Virus record (IMG/VR): IMGVR_UViG_3300005662_000030 | Span: 23,769-87,768 of that record | Length of the DNA: 64,000 nucleotides | Source of the DNA: a virus | Lineage: Duplodnaviria; Caudoviricetes | Strand: one strand, 5' to 3' | Part shown: positions 1 to 13,400 of the stretch, piece by piece | Layout of the letters: each line of letters opens with the position of its first letter | Position numbering within the stretch: position 1 is the first letter of the stretch | Program-made: the position numbers and the translations under genes | Notes under the pieces: generated by a model | Databases searched by the model: none | What the model saw: only the letters and a program-made list of their open reading frames with translations | Told to the model about the DNA's origin: nothing

Positions 1-3000
1 TTAGCAAACCAAATAGTAGACATATCAGCCAGGGAACATTACAGAGGCGTTGCTAAACAGTATCGCACAATAGGTGCTAATGGCAGAGAAGTTACGGAAA
101 CTTTATCATTACCAAATTTACCATTTAGCAACAGAAGCGCAATTGATACAGAATTTAGATATGGAACAGCTGGTCAATCTCCAGTAATAGGTGAAGCTGG
201 GGCTGAGTTTTCTACAAAAGCAAATATATCTTTAAAGGGTGGGCAAGAGTTAGATATGTTTAGATATAGATTTGCTGGTGAAGGCGGACATAAAATGATA
301 GTTGGAGATAGAGCTTCTGCCGCTGGATTGGGTATATATGAATCGGCTGGTGGTTTTGACTTGGACGACAAATTTATAACAAATTTACATTATGTAACAG
401 ATAGTGAAAACAATAGAAGGTTAGTTTCATTTGCATGGCGTCAACCAACTGGACCTCAAGAATTTGCACTTATGGCACCAGTTTTAGATGACGCTACAAT
501 AAGAAGAACTTTTGGCTCAGACAACTTAATGGGTGACAGATTTAGAAGACTAACCGATGCAGTATCCGAAGAAATATCAATGGATAAGTTTGGCAGAATC
601 TCAACTGTTGCAAATCCAGCCAGCGCTGAGGAAATAGCAAATTTAAGTAACGAAGAAAAAATAATTAAATATATTAATTCTTTAGTTAATGGAAATACAA
701 AAGCAGCAAATATGTATAAGCCAGTTGGTATGCAGCAAGAAGAGGTTGAAAAAGCAATAGTTAGTTTACTTAGAGTCGGAGAAGGTGGGAAGGAACGGAT
801 TTAATTATGGCAGAAGAAGTATTTCTTTAGCTAAGTTAAATGGTCGTTACGGTTTGGCTGATAAAGATTTCTTAAATATAACAGAATTAGATCAAGGTCT
901 AGTTTCTAGACTTAAGCCAGGGCAAGGTGGTTCACTACTAACTATGACTGAAGAAGAAATAGCTGAACAATTAAGTAAGGGTACTGCTATCGGATCTCAA
1001 TATCGTCAAAGTCAATTTGTAAAGTTGTTTGACGCAAACGTAGCAATCGCTGAAGACGCTAAGTTTAATTCTGAAATATTTGGGATATACGAAAAAAGAT
1101 TTGGAGCTGGAACATACGAGGCCGCAGCAGCAAAATTAAGAACCGCAAGTGGAAGAGCTATGTCTGATTCAGAAATAGCATATAGAGCATCAGCAAAACT
1201 CCTAGGAGACGCAGGAACTCTTGGATCTGAATCATACAATGCAACTTATGATGCGATAGCAAAGCTACATCAAAGAACAGCTCTTGGTGGACTTGGTGCG
1301 GAAAATGGACTTGGTTCTTATGTAAACACTCTTGGTTGGTCAGCCTCAACAGAAAGGCAAAGATTAGATGTTCTAGCTAAGCTAGAAGCTGAAGGGTACA
1401 CTGATATCGCAAATGGAATGAGGTCAAGATTAATTCCAATATTTAATCCAGAAGCTGCAATTGACCCGTCTATTGGTGGCAGTAGTGCTTTAAGTTTTGG
1501 TGGATCATTAGAAGACATGTATGAATCAGTAAGGATTTTCCACGCTCAAGCTGGAGGAGTACTCAGTGAAGCAGAAGTTAGAAATGCGGTCAACAGATCT
1601 GTATATAGTTTATTGGGCGGCACTGCGGAAAATAGAACTGCCTTTTCTGCCCTATATGCTGAGTTCGATAATTCTCAAGACGCAGCACAATGGGCTGAAA
1701 CTTTTGCCAGTTCTAGAAAAGCACATTTTGCAGCTTTTGAAAGATTAGCAGCGGATAAAAGTTACACTGGAAGATTAACTGGATTAATAGACGTTGCTAC
1801 TCAAAACGTTGCAGAAAATATGATTATGCAAACAGCGGCAATGACAGGAGAATTAAGAGCAACTCAAATTTTGTTAGGTCAAACAGGAGATCAATTGGCA
1901 GGATTTGATAGATTAGTTTCAGATACAAAATTAAGTTCTCACATAGAAACAATAGATAAAACTATACAGAGCGCTTTATTTGGTTACAGAAATGCACTAC
2001 GAGATATTGGCGACAGCGCAAGTCCAGAAGCGGTAAAAACAGTACAAGATACCATAGCTAGATTAGAGGGTATTCTTTCAGCAACAGACATTAGTGGAAA
2101 GAAAATTAGTGGAGTTCGAAAAAAAGCAATGCTACTTAACGAGATGCAGCTAACGGGAGAAGCAGCAGAAACCTATGGAATAGCATCTTTGCCAGACGAA
2201 GCAAAACTAATGCAAAGACTTACATTTAAATATAGAGATGCGTTTAATCAAGGAACGCGCAGTGCTATAAGCGAAGGTATGTTAACGAGCACTGTAGATT
2301 CAATGAAAAATGAAATACTTTCTAATTTAAGTAGAGATATTGGATTACCTAATCCCGCTAAGGTTATCAGTGATAATGAATTTTTATTAGGAAAATTAGA
2401 TAAAGTGGATACTCTTAGAACTAATGATGAGCTATATCATGCTCTCGTGAAGGCAAAAATTTTAGACGAAGGAAGATTTAGTGTAAATCCTGAAGCATCA
2501 ATTGCTGCAGCACTTGATGAATTAAGAATGGCCAAACAGCAATCAATAGACAGTATTGCGGCAACGATCAATACCTCATTTCAATCTCAAGCCAATGGAG
2601 ATATTAGGTTAACAGAGTTAATGAGAGCGTTAGATACAAGAATTGAAAATTTGTCAGCGTCAGATGACGCAGACCAACTAGTACTTGCTAGATATATGAG
2701 AGAAGCCTTAGAAACAGAAAATGCAGCACTCATGATATCCATAGATGCAGCAGACGGTGAAGCAAGACAAGTAAGTTTAAATAGATTATATAGTTATTCA
2801 AGAAATGAAAATATTATCGCAAGAACCTCAGTAAACAATGCTAAATCTGAAACTGAAAATGTTGTTAATATATTAAGAGAACTTGCTGGAATTGAAGATG
2901 TCAAAACTATTAGAGATGGCGAAGATGTTTTGTCAAGAGAGTTTTTTGAGCAAATAGGAGCATTTGATTACGCATCAGAAACATCAGAAGAATCAGGAAG

Positions 3001-3938
3001 ACTTCTTACAACTCCTAGTATACTTAGAGGAGAGGGCCAAGAAAGTGTTGAGCAAGTCATAGAAAGAATGAGGGTAGCTGGAAGGCTTACAGGCGGCGGA
3101 CAAGCAGATTTGGATCAAGCTTTTATAGAAGATCTTTTAGCCCTATCTGTGACAGATGGCGATACTCAAGAGCAATCAAGAAGGTTAATAGTTGGAAGAT
3201 TTAAAGATATCGAAGAGGGCGAAAAGTATGTTAAAAGATTGGAACGCATTCAAGCAAGGTATAGGGCGTTAAAATTTGCTGGCACAGAAGAAATGCAAAA
3301 CATTGCAGAGGTTGCAGCAGAAGGTGCTGATGTAGATTTTCCAAGGATTAGATCACTCGAAGAAAGAACCCGCGAAGTTTTAGAAGGGCAAAGAAAAGCT
3401 GAAAGAATAGCTGCTGGAGGAGAAGATTTAATTGATGATGTTACTCGTTCGTTTACTGAAACAACAGAATCAGTAGCAGGGGCTAAGTATACAAGAATTG
3501 GCGACATGCTAAAAGATCTTTTTACATCTGGAAAACCACTTGGAGAAAGAGGGGCGCTGGGCCCAGCAGCTGAAGCGGCATTTAGGAACAAGGGTAAGAT
3601 CGCAGGTGTGGCAGCGTTGGCTACTGGTTTAGCTATATATGGTCACGTAAAAAGTAAAGATCACAATGAGCAATCTATATCAGGTCCACCTTTGCTCCCA
3701 GGTGGGAACCCTTATGAAAATATGCCAACTAATCAAATGCAAATACCAGAAGCTCCAATTTCTTCTGGAGGCCAAGGAACATCTTATAATATATCGGTTG
3801 ACGGAGATGAAGAAAAAATGCAAGAGTTTATGAGTAGAGCTCGGATTAGTAACAAATGGCCAAGTAACAGGTACTATGCATAATAGACTCCCCTCCTTAG
3901 GACGTAATCCCTACAATGATATAGCGGGTTTTTTTTAG
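1..3938 (+). CDS. Large virion protein, tape-measure-like, C-terminal part (5' end outside window); joined by +1 shifts at CGGA 796-799 and 3842-3845
   Basis: Frame 1 is open from base 1 to TAA 802-804. ORF 785..3883 continues in the +1 frame, and a second +1 shift extends it to TAG 3936-3938, 8 nt before the next ATG. The product is Ala/Glu/Gly-rich and helical-looking, with a hydrophobic segment (KIAGVAALATGLAIYG) near the C-terminus, upstream of baseplate genes. The tape-measure call rests on composition and position only. Confidence 0.5.
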
Positions 3939-3946
3939 GATGAAAT

Positions 3947-4408
3947 ATGAACTTGGTTTCTAGTGATCAAAACGCTAAATTAAAAAACGCTGGGTCACAA
4001 CGCGTAGACACGTCCCCTAGGGTGGGAAAAGCAGTAAACCTTTCCGCTCAGGTGGTGAGCCCTAAAATGCCATCTAGTAATGTTATAGCAGCAGATAAAA
4101 AAGCCATAGTCACACCAGAACCAAAACCAAAAATGACTTCAGATCAGATGAAGGGTTCCTATGAAGGCTACATGCATTCTGCACCAGCATACGTTCAACC
4201 AAACAACGCAGGCTATGACAATCCAGCTAATCAGCAAGCAAGATATTCTAATAAAAAAATGATGTTATCAAACAACACATCATCGTTAAAACCTATTTTA
4301 AATAATATGAATAAGTCTGCTATAATAGATAACTATTCAAGTTCTTTAAAGAAAAACTCTTCTGGAGATAGATTAAAAAAAATGAACCATATCGAAAGAA
4401 TGTTTTAG
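3947..4408 (+). CDS. Hypothetical protein (153 aa) in the tail module
   Basis: Intact ORF with AGGA upstream of the ATG; no recognisable motif. Confidence 0.6.
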   Translation: MNLVSSDQNAKLKNAGSQRVDTSPRVGKAVNLSAQVVSPKMPSSNVIAADKKAIVTPEPKPKMTSDQMKGSYEGYMHSAPAYVQPNNAGYDNPANQQARYSNKKMMLSNNTSSLKPILNNMNKSAIIDNYSSSLKKNSSGDRLKKMNHIERMF

Positions 4409-4417
4409 GTAAAACGC

Positions 4418-7400
4418 ATGGCTATAAATCAAGAATCATTTGATTATATTAAATCAAAGTTTTTAACCAAAAAACATATTGATGACTACATCAATGAGAT
4501 GAGACAATTAATAGAAGCTGCTTCTGGGCCTAATCGGAACAGGCGCTTTTAGAACATTACTTCTTCCAGCCTTAGTCGAAGAAAACTCAACTCGTGGTTC
4601 AATTCCAGGAAGTGTTTGGGATGATGAATACCTTCCTTTAGCTAGAAACATTCTTAAACCAGATTCGCTAGATTCTACTTGGAACTCATTTAAGATATCT
4701 GGAGTAACAGATGCTATAAAGCATTTTGATCCAACTATCTCAGAAGTAACAAATTCATTAATATTAGAATTCTTAAAAGAATTTGATAAAAAAATACCAA
4801 GCAATGTTCCATTAAGTGATCCATCTTTAGATAAAGCGTGGGAAAATTGGTTTAAGGGTGATGATTATGGAATGGGCGTTAAAGATGTAAGAGTGTGTTT
4901 TGGTAATACAAAATCTGCAATTAAATACGCATCAGTAGTTTTAGACATAAGATTAAAAAATTATAATCTTTCCGCAACGCAACCAGAAAAAGGTCAAACT
5001 GAAACTGTTAATCCGACAGAACCACCAGCTGTAGATGAGCAGCTTGAGAATTTATTCTCTGAAAGACTTCAATCACTTGAAGAGTTCTTATACGCATCGG
5101 GAGTAGGATCAAGCATTGGGACAAATGCTGCTAGATTTTTACTTGATATAACTACAAGAAATGGTTATGATTATTCTTTAGAGCAAACTACTGAAAGATT
5201 TAGATCTTACACACAGATTATTGCTCCAATAGCAGAAATTGGTAATTTAGATGAGAGCTATCAAAAGAGTTTATTTGAAAAGATAGAAGCTTCTGGGTTG
5301 TATGATTTGGTAGCGCACATAGATGCGATAAGAGCTTTTGGTAGAGAGAGATTGCAAACTTTAGATAGAGTTAAAGGCAGCGCAGCGGCAGCGGGAGTTC
5401 TGGATGGAGTGAGAGATACCGCTTGGTTACAACAGTTGGTCGTTGTACTACAAAGACTCTCTAGAGATCCTGTAACTTTAGCTACAATTTATAGATACTT
5501 TCCAGAGTTGGTTAATTTCTTCTTCACCGCATTAGCTGTTAGCTCAGATTACTCTGGTGATGGAACTGGTGGCGGAAAAGAAGATCCCTTAAATGATCCA
5601 CAGGCAATACTAAATGATTTAATGGCCTCACTTGGTCAAATAAATGGAGAAAGTATTTTTACTGGAGCATGGGAATTAATTAATACTGGTCAGAGAATAG
5701 AAAAGGCATTGGGTGAATTTCCATTTAGGCAAAACATTCCTCCAGCTTCTCCAGATATTTTTCATTTAAGATTGGGAGCCGCAAACTTCTATATTCCACC
5801 AATTAGTATTGATGTCCAAACGCAATTTAAAACTAGCAGCTTAGGTGAAGGCGCATTAAGACAAAAAAACAGTCCTAAGTTTAACTCTGGCTACAAACAC
5901 ACAACAATAGGAATGCAACTGTTTTTTCCTAACTACGAAGAGATATGGGGCATCTCAATTGAAGACGCTTCAAAAATTAGCCTTAAAGACAACTTTACAA
6001 TAGACTTTAGTGGCAATGGAGATAACGATGAAAAGATAGATAAGTTTCTTTCATCGTTAAGAGGACTTGTTGCTGCGTTTAAGTATGCTCCGTTTCTTCC
6101 TATTAGAAATCATTACTTAAATTCTGTATATGGAATTACTGGTGTAGCTCTTCATAGCATGTCAATATCAACAGTTCCAAATTATCCATTTACATTAGTT
6201 GTTACTTTGCAGTTATACAATTTTAATCACAAGCCATTCCTTCCTATGATTAACGACTTTAACCAGGCAATACATTGGGGTAAGTTTAGACAGTACATGG
6301 GCAAGGCGGCTGGAGCTCTTCATAATTATATAAATGAAGAATTCTTAATGTTTGGCAAAGAAGACGGCAATACAGAAGACATTGCTAAAGCAATGCTTGA
6401 CACTGATAGAGATGGAGACGTCACTCAAGATGACTTAAGGGGTATGCAAGCTGCTTCGGACAGGTTGTCTGCTCAAGCTGGTATAGCACCCTCTAAGATT
6501 GTTAACGACGCATTGCTTGGATATAAAAATGAAGTGTTTACAACCAATGTAGTTAGAGAATGGGTTAACGGTAGTAATTTAACATTCTACATGCCAGCCG
6601 AAACTCAAACTAAAATATTTACTCCAGATATATCTGGATTTAGATCTGATGAAGAAAAAGGTTTGACGGATCAGGGTAGAGGATTCTGGAACCAAATGTT
6701 AGCTAACTTTGGTATAGACATAAATGAATCAGCTGGTTACCACAGAACTTTAGACTCGGTCATAACAACTTCTACGGGTAATATAGTTGAGTTTACAGTA
6801 AGTCAAAAGATACTGCAAAGCATTGATATATTAACTGCAGGTAGAAATAGCACCGATTTCCAAAAGAAAGCTTACGAGTTTATTGTAAAGAGCTTTATTT
6901 ATCAAAACCCACAGTTAGATTCGGGAAGAAAAGAATATCTTAGAGATTTTAATAGAACTGAAAACGCGTATGAAGATATAAGTAGATATGTTTTTGGATC
7001 AATAGTTTTTCAAAATGAAACATTGTCACAGATTAAATCTGTTCTTAAGGGAAAATCTGCAAACACAACAGCGTATTTAGATTCTATGGTTGACGACTAC
7101 TTGGAAAAGAGAGCGATCAACGGAGGCAAAACAGGCGATACAGCTTGGAAAGAAGAAGAAAGAGCAAGAATAAAAGATCAATTTGCAGCTGGTTATAGCT
7201 CAATGGTTTATGAAAGATTCTTTAAAGCTGGTCCGATTAGAGATCTAATGGAAGCTGCAAGAGAAAGAAATGGGAATTTCCGCATTAGAGAGTGGGAAGT
7301 TCCAATGGTTAGAGTCGACATAGATCCAGCTAAAGCAATTGTTACTGATGTTTCTATCTCTATGAGCAACAACATAATCCCACTGCAGCTCCAAATGCAA

Positions 7401-10400
7401 GAAGAGCCAACTTATCAGCATGTTGGCGGTGGCGATAGTTATATCAATATTTCAATGAAAGTATTTGGAGAAAAAGAATTAATAAAAATAAGAAAAATAT
7501 TTGACCATGTTAATGGCTTAGCTAGATTGGAACACGCAGCTGGCGTTATGGGATTCTTGGGAATCAAGAATATAATCACCGCATTAGCAGGAATTAAATA
7601 TGTCTTACCTTTATCGTTCAATGTTTCAACCATTCCAAACTATCCACATGTTTATGATGTATCATTAAGATTAATTGACTTTGATATATTTCAACAAAAG
7701 CGTGAGCAACTTTCTTCCGATCAACAAAGAAAGCTAATTGAAGAATTTGGCACTAAGAAAAATCCATTCTTAAGAATGAAACAACTCTGGGGTTCGTTCA
7801 ACGCGTACCCAGACTTCCCATTGGAAATTAGAAACAAAGATAGCGAAGTAGTAGGCTGCCTAGACCCAGACTTCTATTTTAGAAGTTTCCAAATGTTCGA
7901 TAGAGACGTTATTAAAAGCGTTACAGAAAATAAGGGTAAACTTTCTAGATTAGATATATACAATGTTGATCCAGCTACCAAGATAAATGTAGTGACGCCG
8001 TATGGAGCAATGCAGTATTCTGGTGCAGCAATTGTTGATAAGTTTAGGCAGTATATATTAAGAGATGACATCGATGGGCTTAGAGCTTATACAAGAACTA
8101 CTTTAGGTTTAAAGGCTTCAGAAGTAGCTTCTTACATAATAGAAGCCTTAAGAGATATGGATCAACCAAATGATAAGTTCCTACTTAATTATGTTGATTC
8201 TTTAGATGAACTAGAATTTGATTTTGCTGATGCAGCTGATTCAACTTGGAGTATTTCATCTGGAAAATTTAAAGCTGGCGATTTAGCAAGTGATGAGGAA
8301 TCTAGAAAAAAACTTCAAGCAGCACTTGGTGGAACTTCAGATGGATTTAAAGAAGATAAATATATTAGCTTTGATCCAGACGAGTTAGACGCACACGCTA
8401 TTATAAATACATTTCCCGCAGTAGAGGGACCATTCGAATCGAAGATACCTTCGATGATTCATACCGCTGATGGATATCAATTTGGTTATGTGGATAAACA
8501 AAATGGTAGATTTTATCTTACTGTAGATGACGTAGCTGTTAAGAAAGATAGTTCAGTCACCTACATTGGAATTACAGATACGCAAACTCCAGATACTGGA
8601 ACAACCAAATCTTTAACAGGTGTTCCAGGTGCAGCTCCACTTTCTGAATATCAGTATTCATATTCATCTGGAGATGAGAGTAAACCAGAAACAATGAAAT
8701 CAAATGGTAACTCAAAGAGCGTTACGAGTCATTGGGAAAAAATGATGGTTGATACTCAGTATCGAGATATATCTGGAAGAATGGTAAGAGCGTTTCCAAC
8801 TTACATGCTTTGGTTAATATCAGAGGGAGATTTTGTTGGAACAAAATTGTTTGATAATTTTTATGGATTACAGTCAATTATAGATTTTTCAATTGTTTCT
8901 TCTGAAGATATCTTGGGGGACACATTGGTGTTTAGGGCATCAAATATGTACGCAAAACTTTCTACAAAAGAAGCTACAACAATATTTAGTGGAACTGGTG
9001 AAACTGATTCAAAGCCAGGAGTAGACGCACTTTCTCTTACTGCAGGTTTGGAGCAGGTTATAGATAGAACTTTGAACCAGGCAAGAAATCAACTTGGTCA
9101 TATGGAAAGTCAGTATATTGTAGATATTGAAAATATTAGACTTAAGCCAGGTGTAAGAGTTCACCTAAGAGTTGGTTATGGTTCTAATCCTAATTCGCTT
9201 CATACGTTGTTTAATGGAGTTATAACAGAAGTTGAACTAGGTGAAATAGTTACAGTCACCTGTCAATCAGATGCTATTGAATTAAGTTCAGTAGTTAACT
9301 CGGTAGACAAAAAGGGAGACAGCGGACATATTGATGGTGGATTGAACACAGGTTTATACCTATCTGAACCTAGAGACTTAATGGTCAGACTGCTTTCAAT
9401 GGGAACTTCAAGAGTAAGAGAAGCTTTCGCCCATGCTACAAGAGGAACTGTTTTTTCTCAAAATAAATTTGGCATTAAACACTTTGGACATATATTGTAT
9501 GAGCCATTAACTGAAATAGAGCGTAATAGAAATGCTGGAATAAGAAACGCAGCATCCGATGCTCTATTGGCAGTAGGTCAAGGAAGTGGTCTCACTGGTG
9601 GTGCTGGAACGGTAGCTGGAGTTTTAAATCCATTTGGAGACAATTCAAATGGAACAGGACTTAGCGTTGGTGCAGATGTAAGATTGCCAGTTGTTGGAAT
9701 GATGAGAACACTTTGGTCAAACTTTGCTGCACAACCAGATCTTGAATTATTTAAAAGAAATATTTATCCAGGAAATGGAACTGGTGTAGCGCAATTCCTT
9801 GGTGGAGACCTAGGGGATGGTTGGGCAAATGCCGCATCACTAACGCCAGAAGACATGCCTAATCCAAGATTAGAATATTTAAATAGATTAACAGACGCGT
9901 CTTGGAATAACATGCTACAAAGATATGACAGTGGCTCTAAGAGCGCAGCAGCAGCTATAGATAGTTTGACTAGCGGCATGGAGGCAAAAGCAAGTGGAGG
10001 AACGGCAGCAGCACTACTTGGTGGTGGCCTACTTGCTGCAGGTACAGCGTTAGCTATTGGTACTGGTGGATTTGCACTTCCTGTAATAGGTGGAGTAATG
10101 GCAGCAGGTGGAGGAGCTTCACTACTTGGAAGCATAAGTGGTAGAGGTGGAGTAAATATTTGGAAGACGTTTGGATTAATTAGCGATCTTGATGACGACA
10201 TGCCAGGCTTCGATGAGGTTTCATTTAGAGCACAAACATATATGAAATCTGTTTGGGATCTTTTTCAAATGTGCGCAAGATTGCTTCCAAACTATATTGT
10301 TGCCGTAAGACCATTTGAGGATAGATCAACTGTATTCTACGGTAAGCCACACTGGCTATATACTTCAGCTGTAGTGCCAATTACTACTGGCTTCCCTTCG

Positions 10401-13400
10401 GAGAAAAAGGCAATTGAATTAGGAATAAAGACTCCAAGTTATAGAAGTCCAGATTCTGAATTGATGGACTTATTAACAAAGATAAATAAACAATCTAACC
10501 CAACAGCGGACTATGAAGCATTTAAGAGTTTTCAAAATCCAGCTATTACATTAGAAAGCATCGTTAAGCAACAATCATCAGCTTCCGACATCTATGCTCC
10601 AGCTGGAGTATTGAGAGGAAAAGTTATAAACCTTCTTGATCCTTGGAGAACTGCGTATTATGGAAATAAGAAGAGCACTAAAGAGCAAATAGTTAACGAC
10701 ATTATTTCCGAACTGCCAAAGAATAAAGGTTACGCAACTGTTGGTTTCCACTTACCAATAGATTCAACTGGTGGCTCTAACAGTGAAGTTAACATAGATG
10801 ATATGGTTAACTTGCACCAAGAAATACCTCAAATGCCGTTAAGGTTTTCATTCCCATTTTTCACAGATAGAGCAGCTGGAGCAGTCTTATTAGACTACGC
10901 ATTTTATGCACTAAGTAAGAATAGATCTGGAGAAGGCTCAGATAGAGCAAAGACTGGAACAATTCACGACGGTGATAAAGATTTTGAAAAATTGGGTCAT
11001 GATACTCTGTATGTTAATTTACTAGACACCGAAGCTAGTTTAATTGCTGGTTCCACAACCACCGATGCGATAGAAGGCGCAACTGCTGGTGAGTTTAGTA
11101 TTAATCTAGCTACAGTTTCTTTTACTTCTCAAATAAATCCAATAACAACATTTGGCACTGATCAATTTATATTTAACTTAGAAACATCTGGTGTTTCAAA
11201 TAGAAAAGCTATAATCAGAATGCCACTGCCTTCAATGAAGTCAGAAACAACTGGCATGAATCAACTTGAGGGTTCGTGGGAATATGAATATATTAATCAA
11301 AGCCAGATCACAGCTGGAAGTCCATTCTCCTATAAAGATTGGGGCTCCCCAGCTTCTGCTTTAGATGAGCAATTTTACATTGCTATGAGATGGCCATATG
11401 AAATAACAGATGATAAAGATGATCCAATATTCAAAAAATTTAAAGATGAGTATTTCTCAGATAGAGATGAAAGTCAATTCCACGGAAAACCAAAAGATTA
11501 TAAGAATAGAAAAGTATTAGTATACAGTCCAATAACTAGAACAGCTGTAGTTTGCAAGCCAGCGTATTTCTTATGGGGAACAAATAAAGCTGACTTGATT
11601 GACAAGTCTCTAGCTGCAAATGGTGAAAATAGAACTGATGATAATTTTATAAATTTTAAGAGTGATTCTTTTAAGGAAGTAGATTTAGCAGCAGTTGTTT
11701 CTCCAGACGCTGCGTACTACCTAGGTATAATGCATCTTACAGAAAATGAAAAAGAGTACTTTGGTTCAGAGAATGACAAAATAGGTAACGACAATAATCA
11801 CTCCAATGCATCAGCCCAGGCATTAGCAAAAGTTGGGTTAGCTCCTACCCCAATGCCTAGGGATTGCTATTACACATTCGTCCCAGATGAAGTTCCACTT
11901 GGTGTTGTAACTACAGTTTACAACCCAGCAAATGAATTTAAATATAATAGCGATACAGATATTGGAGAGTCATACTTCATTGGGTTTGGAAAATTCCAAA
12001 CACCAGAAGGTGATGGTAGACTTCTCGTAGAAGACGCAGCAAAAAATGGAATGCAAAAACTAGGTATATCTGGAACAGCAGATAATCTTGAAAAACAATT
12101 AGAACTTTTAGGTGAAAGACCAACAGCTTTTGTAAATACTGGATGGAAAGAGTTTATTCCAGTTAGCGGAATAACACTACTAGATGCTGGCCACTTTGCT
12201 GAAGCAGCAGCTAGGGGTGGAAATATACTTGCTGCCGTAGGTGATGAAAATAGTTATTTTGATTATGTGCTAAAGGCGGAATATAGCTCTTTGGAAAGAG
12301 ATGCTTTATGGAAAATACTTGACACCGAATTAGGCACAACAGGAGATGAAGATTCCGCAGGCGGAAGAGCGCGTTTTGCGCCAGTTTATGATCCAGCTTC
12401 TCCAGAGTCTGTTCAAGCTAGATCCTTCTTTGATGAAGGCTTTAGTGCTTCAACTCATGTTATAGCTGGAAATGGAAGAACACTAGCTCAAGCAAATGAT
12501 ATTTGGGATCAGTTTAGATTTGGTTATCATACTTATCAAGCTGCTAAAAAAATATTCTTTGATGCGTTTGGCTTAGATCCAGATGACACAACAAGACTAC
12601 CAGATTTCTTAATTGCAATTTTAAGAAATCCAAAATCAAATCCAGATATCTTTAAACTATTTAAAGAAAATGGAGATGGAGGAACTGCTGTTGATGAATT
12701 TAGCCTTTTGTTGGGAAGCGATTTCTTACTAAAGACAGAGAAGGGTGATTTTACAGATCCAGAAGCGCCTTCAATAAATTATAGCCCAACAACAATTAAA
12801 GAAGCAATAGAATTTGCAAGAAAGAACCTAGTAGATGCTCCACTAGATGAAGGTGGTTTAGTTAGATATTTTGATACATTAACTAAGACTAAGTATAAAA
12901 AATTAGGCTTATTTTTGCAAGCTCAATCTAATCTTTCTTTAATTGTTGGAGCAGATGTTAATGGTGGACAACCAAAGGTTGATGACATCATTAAAGATAA
13001 CCTTTCTCCAAAACAGTTGTTCTTACTAATCGTTGGAATGTTCAGACAGGCAATGTGGCAAGACGCATACGCGAGGGCTTGGTTGGTCCTAAAGCCAAAT
13101 AGAAAATACACTAGCGATGACATGTGGGACTTTGGACCAGTAAATAAAATCTTTGCAGCATTTATTGATCCAAATCAAGATTATTCTTCAAACAAGAAAA
13201 AATTCTTAAAGCTATTAGCAGATAATAAGGGTGAGGGAAATAGCGCAGGAAATATTATTGGTGTACTGGGTCACGATATTAATACATTCTGGGATCAGAA
13301 TGTTGGCCCATTGTTTACAGCATTGAGCGATGGCTTATCTGGATTAATGAACATGTTTAGAATGTCGATGCTTCAAATGGGATATGGATTATCTAGTATT

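Noticed and set aside
781-792. G-run (GGTGGGA) as a homopolymer sequencing error explaining the first frame break
   Set aside because: Possible in isolation, but an in-frame CGGA at 796 explains it by the same rule as all other sites, most of which have no homopolymer.
4521-4530. GGG run as a homopolymer indel upstream of the giant ORF
   Set aside because: An in-frame CGGA at 4535 accounts for the break; the two positions cannot be distinguished from sequence alone, but the common rule is more parsimonious.
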